64,000 nt of DNA from Felis catus (lineage: Eukaryota), in assembly GCF_018350175.1 (NCBI RefSeq), contig NC_058369.1, positions 17,858,001-17,922,000 on the forward strand, in the 5' to 3' direction. This document shows positions 35,901-48,100 of the stretch, in pieces. The notes beneath the pieces are model-generated. The model worked only from the letters and a program-made list of their open reading frames with translations, was not told where the DNA came from and searched no databases. Positions within the stretch are counted from its first letter, which is position 1, and every line of letters starts with the position of its first letter. The position numbers were made by a program, and so were the translations under genes.

Positions 35901-36393
35901 GGGGCCTAGATCATTGGCCCCTCCCTCTGGGAGGGCACCGCAGCCCTTCCAGCCGTATCCCAGCATCCGGGATCAGTTGTACAGCTAGGTGGGTTCAGGA
36001 CACCGTTATGGACTCCGTGCAACGACGACCTCCCGCCCCAACGCGCCCATCGGCGCACCTCCCGGGCCGGGTCTCCTCCGCACTCAGCCGCCTCCCGCGG
36101 CCCGAAGCCAGCTCGCGGGCGGCGTTCGAGTGGCTTCCCGCACAGTCCTCAGGAGAGAGGGTCGCGCCAGTTCCCGCCCCCATCCCTCGCTTCGGGGGAT
36201 AGCTGCCTGCAGAAAATCGGCAAAGCGGCAAACACAGGCGTTGCAGGCAGATGCCTGCTCCGGAGTTGGCGGTACGCCTTCGGAGCTAACCCAAGCCGGC
36301 TTCTGCACCGAGACCACGCGGCGGCTCGCGGACACAGACACGGGGAACCAGGGCCACGCCCTGCACTCACCCCAACGCTTCCGACAGCCCCAT
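26926..36393 (-). CDS. SLC26A6: Solute carrier family 26 member 6 (Cl-/HCO3-/oxalate exchanger PAT1/CFEX), 21 exons, ~759 aa
   Basis: Exons: 36393-36371, 34623-34465, 34384-34245, 34013-33903, 33345-33182, 32971-32807, 32727-32575, 32295-32213, 32128-31981, 31486-31373, 31253-31176, 30874-30779, 30689-30583, 30436-30367, 29439-29347, 29261-29166 (GC donor), 28794-~28702 (donor anomalous), 27988/27985-27809, 27618-27564, 27314-27178, 26940-26926. SulP signature [28 protein letters not shown] motif, [15 protein letters not shown]-terminal PDZ ligand TKL*. Confidence 0.96.
31657..31868 (-). mobile_element. Can-SINE in SLC26A6 intron 9
   Basis: tttatttatttttgagagacagagacagagcatgagc...cacccaggcgcccc; near-TSD ttgtttgct(g/a)ttt. 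Confidence 0.93.
35140..35760. repeat. Degenerate ~19-21-bp tandem array (approximate unit GAAAGCTCTCACCTGGG) in SLC26A6 intron 1
   Basis: Recurring gaaag(c/t)t(c/t)tcacct variants; perfect palindromes GTGAGATCTCAC (35265-35276) and GGTGAAAGCTTTCACC (35565-35580). Confidence 0.65.
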
Positions 36394-36830
36394 GGCCAGC
36401 GGGCTGCCAATTGCCGGCCGCTGCAGGAACTGGGGCCGGAGGCCGCTGAGGCTCGGGAGGCGGGGCCGGGATGAGGACCTTCGGCGCTCTCCGAGGGGCC
36501 AATCCCCGGATAGGACAGGGAAGGCTTGGACGAATCAGAGTGGTCGGGCGGGGCCTAAGTGACAAGCTTCAGGCTGGGCGAGACCCAAGGCGGAAGATTT
36601 AACCCCTTCCTCCCCTGCGGCCTGGTTAGTACTGCCCCTCCTGGCTCACTTTTAATCTCCTGTCTAAACCTGGTAGAACTGCAGAACTGGGACTAAAGAC
36701 CTGCGCGGAGCTGGCCATAGCCGCGGCCCCAGGTCCCTGAGTACGACAAAGGCGAATACCAAGTCTTGGCTTCTCGTGGAAGGACCCCGCGGGATGGGGC
36801 GAGAAACCCGCCAATGGGCTGCCTGTGGGC
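35880..36830 (-). promoter_or_regulatory. SLC26A6 CpG-island promoter
   Basis: CpG-dense around exon 1; GC boxes at ~36455-36467 and ~36546-36555; CCAAT at ~36406 and ~36499. Confidence 0.7.
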
Positions 36831-37505
36831 GCTACTGGTGGCCAGAGCCATAGCTCTCCTTGGGGTATCAGGTCTCTGCGGGCGCCACCTTCAGTCTCTC
36901 CTCTTAAAATCAGGCAATGTCTGACACCGAAGGTGCCCTAGGCTGCCCTTCAACTCTGGACACCCAGACCCAGAATGAGACTGAGAGTTTCCCTTCCTCC
37001 ATACAGAGCACAGCCTGGCATCTCGGTTTCTGTCCAAAGATTTCTGCCTGAGCGGAGAAGGAACGCGATGTCCCAGCCAGGTCCAAGTCCTAGAGGCTGG
37101 TGGGGGTCAGTGCTGTTAATGGGCTGAGGGGTTAGCAAGGGCAGTTCTTAGGGTTGACTGGGCCCCTAGCCAGGGCAAATTCGAGGTTACAATTGCACAC
37201 CCTGAAGACCAAGTCATCATGCTGCCACCTTGAGAGAGAGGAGTTTCCCTGGCACCTTACTCCCAGCACCTGTGCTCGTACTTCAGGCCCCGATCACAAG
37301 GCGCCAGGCCAGAATTAGGGGTGAAAGAGATGGGAACCTGGTCCAAATGTCAGACGAAATGTGCTAAAAATAACTGAATATTGAGGGGGGTGCAGAGCTC
37401 AGATTTCTCCCAAAGGTCAACCTGGCCTGAATCATTCATAGCCACCTTCCTACCCTACACCCCCACCCCCAAACAGAAAGAGGCGACAACCATTTTCTAT
37501 AGAAG

Positions 37506-37511
37506 TTTATT
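37506..37511 (-). terminator. CELSR3 polyadenylation signal AATAAA (3'UTR about 1.7 kb)
   Basis: tttatt on plus; TGTA element upstream and GU-rich sequence downstream on the minus strand. Confidence 0.8.
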
Positions 37512-38004
37512 CCCAAAACAGAGCGCGGCTTCACGGAACAATTTACACAGACAGGGAAAGGGCCACTGGGCTGGAGCAGGGGACCCCCACCGAGGGACAT
37601 CTATAGAACCTAGGACATAGCAAGGACGACCCCCTCTCCCCACAGTGGGCCCCTTAACCCTTCAAGGGCTGGGGTCATTCTGCTGGGTAAGGAGAGCTGG
37701 GGTCCTGGCTGGCGGATTTGGCACCAGTCAGTGAAGAAGAACTTTTAATCTCCTTGGAAACTGCCTCCCAAGAGTATGTGCGGGGAAGGGGCAGGGGGGT
37801 GTCTGCACAGAACCCCCTACAACCCTGCACAACCCATTGTTCGTAGCGGCAAAAGGATGCCCGCTCTGGAGGATTTCTGGGTCTGCTGTTCAACAGGGGG
37901 CTCAGGGCTGGCCTTTGGCCTGGGAGAGGTAGAGGCTAGAAACTCCTCAAGATGGCCAGGTCCAGGGTCCTCAAGCCCCTCTCCCATCTTCTCTATCTTT
38001 CACT

Positions 38005-38535
38005 TGTAAACAAAGGGGGAAAAACACATTCTCAACTGTAAACAAAGTGTAAAAGTTCAAAGTTTTCAGTTGTAAACAAACTTGTAAAATGTTTTAAATC
38101 TTGACCTGTAAACAAAGTAACAAAATCTAAAAGTCCCCAGTTCTGGACATCAAAGTAATAAAAGAGAGTTTTGTGAACAGGGTCCTAACAGTCATTTTTC
38201 CCTATAGAAGAAAATAGAGTAGGATGGAACTAGTTACTGCAGCCCAGGTGCCAAGGGCCAGGGAGGGTCCTGTAAACATGGGAGGCAGTGGCACCTACAT
38301 TCTGTGTCTTCAATTCCCTTGTTTTTGCTCCCCTTGCCCCCACTCCTACCCTACCCCTCGGAAGAAATTCTAGCACAGGGCAGGGTCAGGGCATCAAATG
38401 GCACCATGGACAACTTTTGCTCATAGCAGGGGTAGGGGCTGGCAAATGACCCCCTAGTCCACCCTCTGCAGGAATGTCTGAACAGAGGCCTGAGCCCCTC
38501 CCCAGGAGAGAAAGGGAAGCCTTGCTCTGTAAACA
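38005..38535 (-). promoter_or_regulatory. Six TGTTTACA miR-30-5p 8-mer seed sites in the CELSR3 3'UTR
   Basis: tgtaaaca on plus at 38005, 38037, 38071, 38107, 38271 and 38528. Confidence 0.8.
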
Positions 38536-39202
38536 TGACATCTGCTGCTCCACCAGCACCCCCACAGCATCAGTCCTAGGTCATAAGGCAGTAAGTGGCA
38601 GGGACTCCACATAATAAACACACACATCCACGGGGAGGGGCAGCGTGAGCAAGCCCTGTGAGGAGGTCAGAGGACCCCTGTTTCCAAGACCAACCCCTTG
38701 TCCCTGAAGTTTGGCCCTTGGGGCATCCAAGAAAAAGCAAAGATCAGCTCTGTACTTTGGGCCCTAACAATATTCAGATCAATGGGTGGGAGGCTACTTG
38801 CCCTTCCTGTCTGAATCCGCCCCAGTAAGATGAGAGGAAAGAGCATATGGTTTGCCAGGGACCCAAATGGGGCCAAACTCTACCCTCTGTCCCCTTCCCC
38901 TCCCAGCCCAGCCTCAGAACCCCAGGAGACAGAAAAGCTGAAAAATAACATAAGCATATCTCTCTGGTTACAAAGGTACAAAACGTATAAAAGTCCTCCT
39001 TTCAGTTCTTCCCCCTGCACCTGTTACACGCACGGCGGGATTTGCTCACAGAGAGAGCAAGGAGCCTCAGCACCGCAGCAACAGGGAGAGCTGGGGGGCG
39101 GGCAGGAGGCTGCCTGGGGATCAGCCCCTGACTCCCGGAGTCTCTTCTGTTAGCTCTAATCTTCCATTGCCCGCAGCCACTCCTGGTCCGTGAGTCTGCC
39201 CC

Positions 39203-42200
39203 TCAGGAGTGCCCCTCGCTTCTGGGAACTCTGCAGAGTTGAATGCGGTAGTCAGAGGTGGTTGCTGAGAGAATCCAGTCAGGGGGCTCTGGGCTTCCAC
39301 CACAGCCTGGGCCCCCACCATCTTCCCCCAACCCCATCACCTTTGCCTCTCGGTCCCCAGCCCCCCTTACACCCATTTCAGGGTTCTCAAGCCCCTTTAC
39401 CCCTTCTGCACCCCAAGACTCATCAGCAAGGCCCCGCGGCCTCCTGTCTTCTCTCTAGGCATTCAGCGAGCACCTACTATGTACAAATACTACATTAAGC
39501 ACTTGACAGATTTTTGTCTCAAAAAATCTCCACATCTCAGAAAGTTTGTTACTACAGACACATTTTACAGATATGGAAACAGAGACTCGGAGAAGTCAAG
39601 TGTGATTCCTGAACCCAAACCCCTGCTCAGCCCCCCAGGCCCACCCCCGACCCCCACCAGTCAGACCCCAAAGTTGGGCTGCAGTTGGGTCCAGGCAATA
39701 CTCATAGCTCTCCCTCAACCCTCCCCCAGCACCCTTCCAGAGTCCCTGGCACCAGGCCCCAAGTCCCCTGCTCCTCCTTCCTTCCTCTTCCTCGGACTCT
39801 GCCTGGGTTCTTCTATTGGCCTCCTGTCCCACACCTGGGGTCCCCTTCTCCCCAAAGCCTCCTTTCGCCCTGCAGCCCTCCACAGAGCCTGACCTAGCTG
39901 TTCCTCCTTCTCAAAACTCAACTCTCCTCCTCTTGGTTTCCGAAGCCTCGCAGCCCTTGTTTCCTCCCCACTCCTCTGGCTCCTGTGTATCCAGCTGCTT
40001 CCCAGGTACGACTGCTTTTCCCTACCCCACAGATGCCCCATAGGCACCTGAAACGCACCAGGTCCCAGCTCAGTTCCTACGTGCTCCACCTCACGGTGCC
40101 CACAGGCACGAGGAACCTAACATTGACTAAATCAATCGATCAATCAATGGATAAATGACTTACTTTCAAAGTTAGCTCTTCAGCCTGGAATATAAGATGC
40201 CCATATCCTGGCACCACTTCTGGCCCCTCCTTATCCCATACCCCTCCTAAACAAAGCCTCTCAGGCAATGACTCTTCCTCTCCTCCTTGCCCCTTCCACA
40301 TACCAGGTTACCTCCTACTGCCAAGCCTTGGCACCTGCTCTCACCCCCTCTTCTTGTTCAAGCCCTCCGGAAGGCACCTATCTCTCTTCCTTCGCCCAGG
40401 AGGTACAGGGGAGGGTGGCTGGCACCAATCATACACCCCGCAAGTTCCGGCTAATCACACCACCATTCCCCGCCAGATTTCTGCCCCCAGCCCATGGCAC
40501 CCTGGCTGTGCTAAGCCAGGGCCAACCCACACCCCATTTTGTGGCAGAACACAGGCCAGGGTACACAGGAGGTTGCCTTAAGCTGATGAGGGTAAGGGCA
40601 AGTGGCTAGAGCCTGCTTACTCTGAGTCTGGAGATAGCTCTGAGATGCTGTGGGATGTGGCAGAGCGTGGTGTGGAGGGCCCAAGCGCAGAGGCTGTGGC
40701 AGAAGGCGTGGCAGTGGTGTGAGGGCCCGAGGGCGTGCTTGAGGACTGCACAGAGGAGGAGAGAGCCGAGGAGTTGAAGGAGGCAAGGATAGAGGAGAGA
40801 ATGTCCAGCTGCTCTGTAGAGGGGCCATGGCTAGGGCCACTGGCTGGGTCCTCCCTAACTCTGAGCAGCTGCGGGGGTGGCCCGAGGCCTTCTCGTGAGG
40901 GGTGCCGGCTAGGCACACGGTCCAGCTGCTCCCCTGAGTTCGATCTCCTGGACAGAGAATCCAGGGGCCGGGATGGCAAGAGGGGGTCCCTTGAGAGTTG
41001 CCGCTGGGGAGACAGGGGCAGAGGCGGGGGCTGTGGGTCAAGGTTCCGGGCACTGTGGGGCAGGGGCAGTGTGCTCAACCACTCGCAGGGCGCCCTTAGG
41101 TCCAGAGCATCCCGTGACCCGAAGCGGCCGGCCCTGGCACCAGGGTAGTCCCTCGGTGGCTGCCTCCGTGGTAGGGTGCTGCCCCGGTCCCTGGGCTCCA
41201 GGCGGCCTGGCGCGGCATCCAGGCGCTCTTGGGAACCTGGCCGACTCAGGGGATGAAGCATAGGGGCAGGGGCCTCCTCCAGTCGCTCACGGCTGAGTTG
41301 CCGCCGGAGGAGCAGGTCCAGCTGTTCCCGAGAGGAGTAGCGGCTGGCTGGCTGCGAAAGGCTGCCTGTGGCCCCTCCAGCATAGATACGACCATAGGAG
41401 GCAGCTGGCACAGCACGGTGGCCCAAGGTGGCTGCACGGCACCAGGACAGCTCAGGGGCACCCCGGGTCTGTGGCACCAGTGGGTACTGCAATCGGTTCT
41501 TCAGGATGCCTGTGTGAGGAACAAATGGGAGTAAAGTAAGTATGTGGGGCAGGGGGTGGCAGACACTCCCTGGGTCTAGGGATGCAGCTGCCCCTGGGAT
41601 CCCTGTGACAAAGGGTTGGAGACAGAAACCCTTTGGCAGAGGCAGCCCCTGGGGATCTCACTGCGGCAGCAGGATAGGGCTTAGAGTGGGAAGGCAGTCA
41701 TCCCCTGGGTTGGGACAGCGTCAGTCTCCAAGGTACAGGAGTAGGGGCAGACCTCCCCTTGAGATCAGAGGAGGAGCAACCCCCAGGTCCTGGCAATGCA
41801 GGTGAGGCTCAAAGGGGCAAGAATCCCCTGGGCTGGGGTAGAAGCAGTCTCTGGGGTCCCTGAAATACAGGACAAAGTCAGGGGTCGTACCTTTCCTCTG
41901 GCGCTGGGCCCGGCCCAGGGAGGTTTCATCTCCACTAGTCAGGGCCAGGTCCGGCTGGTTGTTGTTGGCTGCGTCCTTGCTGGTGTCCAGCCCCAGGCGC
42001 CTTTCGGAGCCCCAGGTCTGCAGAGCACAGGGAGTTGCCTCACATTCCCCCAGGGCTGGCCAGTAGGACAGAAGGTCATTGCCATCCACGTCTGTGGAGC
42101 CAGAGCAGGTTACAGGAGCCTCTGAATTGACCCCATTGATTCATGACCCCTGTGATCCAGACTCAGTGACCACCCCCCTAACCCTGACCCTAATGACTCC

Positions 42201-45128
42201 TGAAACTCTGGCTGTACTGATTGAGCAGAGGTAGGAATAAGAGAGTGTTTCTCAGAAATCAATGGACCCATGGAGAGGGTTACTGGTGAGCCTGCCACTC
42301 TGTAGGTGGACAGAGAGTAGGGGTGGGGGGACTTGATGGCTGAGGGGTCAAGAAAAATCCTGGAAGAAAAAACCAGGCTGAACCCCAACCCTCATGGAAG
42401 AAGAGGGGCTGGAAGAATGACATGTCACCCTGTAACATCCCTGACTCTGACCTTGACCTTGTTGCCCAGGCTGTTCCTGGACCTCTAGCCAGCAGAACCA
42501 CTAGGAAGATAGGGAGAGGTGTGCAGGGGCCTAATGATGACCCCAGGTTCCCAATAGGCTGGTCCCAGGAATCTTCAGGGGATGTCAGCGTCCCTGGGTC
42601 ACACCCAAGTAGAATATGGGGTGTCCCTTGGTCACCCATGGGGTCAGAGATACCCCCTCACCTTTGGGGTGAGTGAGGAGCCTCTCACTCTGGGCTGCCC
42701 GGCGGAGTGGACGCTGGAAACGCCCCCGTGTCCGGCCATTGTCCTCGCTTTCTGAGGATGGAATGGACAGACTTCTCTCCTCCTCCAAGGACAGGTCGCT
42801 GTCAGAGTCAGAGTCTGCAGCTAGAGTTGGGAAGATCAGAAGGAGGAAGGCACATCAATGGCTCAGGGAGATGAGGAACTTGGGGGTCAAGAAAGAGCCT
42901 GGAGCTGAGGGTCTTGGGTTAGCTACAGCAGGGAGCTGGGGCTGGGGACCTAGGTAGAGTCTGGAGTGGGGGTCAATACAGAAGGGCTGGGACTTGGCAG
43001 GAGAACCAGGTGCCTCCTGGGGCAGTGACCTGTGGGGAGCTCGCCCCACTGCAGTCAGCTGTTGCTCTCAAGAAAGGGAAATGGTGGGGAGATCCTCTGC
43101 CTCCCTTCCCCCGCCCCGGCCCTGGCCCCTACCTCCACCAGCATCTCGATGGAACATGGCCACATCCAGGTCAGTGGGGCCAGCATGAGCCTGGAGGCTG
43201 TGGTCAGTGTGGTCAGCAGCTGAGCCATGTCGAACCAGGACATTGTCCCTGGAAATGCAGGAACCGCCCCCTCCCATCAAAGAGGGATGTGATGGGGTGC
43301 TTTGGAGGCTGGGGTGGCTGTGAGCACATAGCCAACTGCTGTGGAATGGCTCTGAAAGCACCCCTGGGTATGTGGCAAGAGGCATCTAGGGCAGAAGCAG
43401 TAGCGGGGAACCAGGTGCCAAGATGGGTAGAACCATCATCCCAGGACCAGCAATGCCACCCTCTGGTCAAGTGGGACTGGTCTGAGCTATATGTCCTCCT
43501 CCCAAGAAGGCTGCTCTGCTCACCTGAGGTAGCCGCGGCCCCGCTGGCTGTCTTGGTCCTGGGTCCGGCCAGAGCGAGCACTGCTCACTGAGGAGACAGT
43601 GGAGGCACCCAGGGTGATGCGGATGAGGCCACTCTCTTCAAAGAGGGCCGTGTTGTTGTAAGCCCCGTGCCCCTACAGGAGGTGGGTGCAGACAGGAGTG
43701 TGAGCCAGCTCTGGAGAGGCCTCCAACCCTGGCCTCTCGGGGCCCCCGGCCTGACTCCCCAGCCCTGAGAGCCCCTCACCGTGCCAGGCGCTGGCCTTGC
43801 CTCCTCGGGCGCTGCCTTTCTAGCCAGACAGGCTGGTGTCCAGGCAGCCCGGGCATCTGCATTCAGGACACAGAAGAGCAGCAGCACTGCCAGGCCCTGT
43901 GTCAGTAAGGGTCAGCATGGGGTCAACGAGGGGTTACCGAAAGTCAGTGAGAGATCAGAAATGAGTCACAGGTCAGAGGAGGGCCAGCAGGGGGTCAGTC
44001 GAGGCTCATATAAGTCACTGTGGGTCAGCAAGGGGGATCAGTCATTGCAAGTCAGCGTGAGGGAGTGAGGGGTCCAGGGGTGACCCAGTAAGGGAGTCAG
44101 CGAGAATCTCGGAGGCGTCAGAGTGGCCCAAGTGACTAAGTCAGTGGAGGTCTGTGTGGACCAGCAAGTGGCCAGGAGCCACAGTGCTGGGGAAGGAAGT
44201 CCAGGACGGGCACCCTACCCGGCATCAGTCATCCAGAGGAGTCAGCTCTAGACTGGGCTCGATGGCCTGCCCAGGGTTTGGGCCACCCTGCTGAAGCCCC
44301 ACCAGGCCGGAGGTGGGGAGGGGTGCCAGTTACCTGGAGCCCGCAGAGCGCAGCATGGAGGTAGTGGAAGGCCAGGACACTGTGGTTGACTGCCAAGAGG
44401 CCGAAGAGCCAGGAGGCACTGACCAGGAGAAGCAGCAGAAAGCAGCTGCGAAGGCTCCTGCTGTGGAACAGGGAAGGACACAAGGGGACAAGCATGCGTC
44501 ATGCAAGGCTCATGCGGGGGACACACAGGGGTCATGGAAGGACAGGAAATCACAAAGGAACATGGCGGTCTCCAGAGGACACTAGGGGAGACGGGAGGTC
44601 ACCAAAAGAACCAGGAGGATAGTCAGGGAGCCATGAGGGGACATGGGGAAAATATGTGGGAAGTAGGGGCGGGCTATGAGAGAAACGTGGGAGATAGGTG
44701 GGACACGGGGGCAGGGGGCACAGTGAGCCACCCAGACCAAGGGAGTCTCAGGGGAGACAGCAGGGCAGAGCATGTATGGGGCAGAGTATGACGAGGGCAC
44801 CAGAGAGGGGCTGGCCAGGGCAGGTAGGACTTCATCTCCCCACCCAGAATCTGGAGCTCAGCCTGCCAAGGAAGGGACTGCCATTCTAAGAATCCCCCGC
44901 TTCCCCCAGCCAGACAACTCACAGCACAGAGGTCTTCTTGGCCTCCCTCTGCCCAGTGGAGCAGGATGTGCGGGCAGTGAGGAGAAGCATGGTCCCATTC
45001 ATCTGGACCCATGGCCAGACATGTGGAGCAGGGGCAGGACAGAGAGAAAGACAGTGAGAGAGGGACAGGGACAGAGAGAGACCAAGACACAGAGAGGCAG
45101 AAGCAGTGAGAAACGCACATGCACACAG

Positions 45129-45176
<48 letters not shown>

Positions 45177-48100
45177 CAGGGAGATCAGAAACAGAGAGGC
45201 ACTTTGGCTCAGAAAATGTCCGAGATAGGGAACCAGAGAGGGACTGAGAAAGGGAAATAGAGATCCGCAGAGAGAGAGAGGCAGCCAAGTTTCTGACCCC
45301 ACGCTTCCCATCTCTGTACCAGTCGAGTGGAGAACAGAAATTGAGGCCGAGGCCTGGAAACCTGCCAACTGCCACCCGGCACCCCACCACCAACACCGCC
45401 GCACCTGCTGCAGAGCGCGCGGGTGGCACCAGGTACAGCACACTCACCACGATGACCAGGATGACAGGGCCTGCGAAGCTCCACATGAGGGGTTCGTGGA
45501 CCGAGATCCAGCAGAAGTCAGGGTTCCCATAGCCCTCGGGATCCAGGCCGACAGCAAGGCCTGTAGGGGAGGAGAGGAAGGACTGAAGGGGTATGTTCTA
45601 GAGCAGCTGACCTTCTCATGCCAGGGGTGGGGGCACAGCAGGCTCCCTGCTGAGCACATCGCGTGGTGGGGGGCAGGGATGGAGGTTGGGGTAATGACCG
45701 GGACTGGGGGCGGGGGCAGGAGTCAGGCCACGTGATAGGTACAAGCCAGGGGTCGCAGGCCCGGATGGGCCAGGGAGCAGAGCCCTCACCCAGCAGCACG
45801 GCAGGGATGCCCCAGCCCAGGGCGTGGTAGAAGCGCATGGCGCCGCGGTCCACATTGCGGGGCTCAACCTGCATGCGGTAGAGGTGCAGCCCCTGCACAA
45901 GGAGCCACGCGAAGGTGCTGAGGAAGAAGTAGTGCAGGAGGATGGCGACCGCAGTGCACACCAGCTGAAGGCAGGGTTGGGGGGCGTCAGCGCCACTCCT
46001 GCCTCACCCCGCTTCTGACCCCTAAACCACAGCACCTTGACCCAGCATCGTGCCCCAAACCCGGGCCCCAACCTGAGCATCCCTGACCCCTGACCCTGAG
46101 CTTTGGCTCCAGGACTTCCTGAGCCAGGTAAGGCCATCGAGACACAGGTCCCCTGGCCCCGACCCTGCACCTGGTTGTGGGTCCTGTGGATCCCCAGCAG
46201 GAAGAGGAGCTCTGCCACGCCCAAGGCAGCCGCCACGTTGGCATGGATCGCACGCATGTTGGACTTGAGGCTGCGCAGGCTCAGCAGGACCGCTGCGGTC
46301 AGAAGCAGCGCGGCCACCGACACTGCCATGACCACGTGCGTGAACACCGCCAGCAGCTCCAGGTCACCCTCCAGCCGCTGTGGAGACAAGGATGGTCAGT
46401 GGGGGTGTTGGTCACCCCTGCCCTTTGGCCTGCCCACGCCCTCAGGACTCTGAACACAGTCCCACCTCACGGGGCGAAGCATCCATGAGAACTCCAAAGG
46501 TGCCTGTCCGGCTGCAGCGACATCGAGCATGAGACCCATTCCTGTGTACCAGCTCACAGTCCCGTGCCGTCCACATGCCATGCTGGTCCGCCCTGCAGCC
46601 ACAGGGCAGTTAGACCTATCATCCCCTCGGGAAAGTGCCCCGTGGCCTGGCGAGGGGTTGTGACAGACAGTGGGGAGGGGCAGGGGGCCTGAAGCTGAGG
46701 AGCCACATTCCTCATTGGCCTGGGTGCCTAGGGACATTGGTAGGGGCCCCAGGGGCAGGCTGGGCTCCCCGGGGGCCAACAGGGGACCAAGGGTTTCCGG
46801 AGCGGAGGTCCTCACGGGCCAGGCGGGTCCCACTGCACGCAGATCGCCTTGCTCCGATTCGCCGTCTGTAGCAGGCGGAATTCCAAGCTGATCGGGGACT
46901 CTAGGACACCCCTTAGGAAGTTGCGTCCATGGAACACAGCCACGCTGACCACCGGGGAGTTCATAACAGGGTTCTGGGGGAGCCTGAGGAGACACCCCAC
47001 CTGGGCTCAGACCCTGCTGACTTCCCCAAGCCCTGACTGCCTACATCTTGGTCTTCATGCCATCGGCATGGCTGACTGAGAGTCGGGATGCCCCAGAGTG
47101 GATGCTATTTTGGGGAACCCCCTCAGCCTCCCACTGGGCTGATTCAAGACCCTGAGTCCAATGGCATAGCTAGGCTGTCATGGTTCTGCAGAAATGGCAG
47201 GTTCTCTGCAGCCGAGAGACTTCAGACTCACTGTCTACACTGGGGTCTATGGCCTGAGCAGCTTCAGACTGTCTACCTCAAACTGCCGTCCCTGCCACCC
47301 CGATCTGACCTCCATCGATTGGTCAGCCTGTCTTTGCCTGCCTCTGTTAGCCAGTCTGCCTGTCTGTACCCGGCACATGTACCTCTCCTTTATGAGACTG
47401 TCCCCACCTGTGGCTCTGTGCCTGTCTGCAACCCTGCACAACTCCACAGAACATGATTCACCTAGAAGCCAGCACGGACAAGGCTCCCTGGAGCTGCACA
47501 TGGGAGCTGTCTCAGGATGACTGTGAACTTGCTCATTTGCCCACGAAAAAATGGGTGCTAGACCGGGTAGAAGCTTACAGGCAACTCAGGGGTGAGAGGC
47601 CTGGAAGTAATGCCCCCCGTGGTACCTGGCGCCCCGGCGCTCGGCCTGGAACTGGGCAGGGAGCAGCCCCCCCAAGGTGCGGTAAACGAGGAGGATGACA
47701 ATGGAGATCCCAGGCTCAGGCTCGGGCTCCGGGGGGACCGGAGGGGGGCCCACACTTGAGGAGGTGTAGTTTTCCATGCTGCTGCTGCTTGTGGACAGAA
47801 CTGCCAGGGGAGGGGAAAGAACCACTGTCAGTGACCTCTGACCCCCAGCACCCACAAACCCAGCTCTGAACCAACCCATCGCAGCATCAAGCATGGGAAT
47901 CTCTTCCCTGTAGGTCCAGGTCTGGGAGATGGAGAAAGCAGGAACCCATGAAGGGGATATGGGCTCTCCAGGGCTGGATCCTGAATATCAAGGCATGGGA
48001 GAGATCATCTGTGGTGAGGGAGAGAGTCCGGCGAGGCGAGAGCAGTGTGGGGGGCTGACATGGGAGGGTCTCACACAGGGGTCTGACATGGCGTGGGTCT

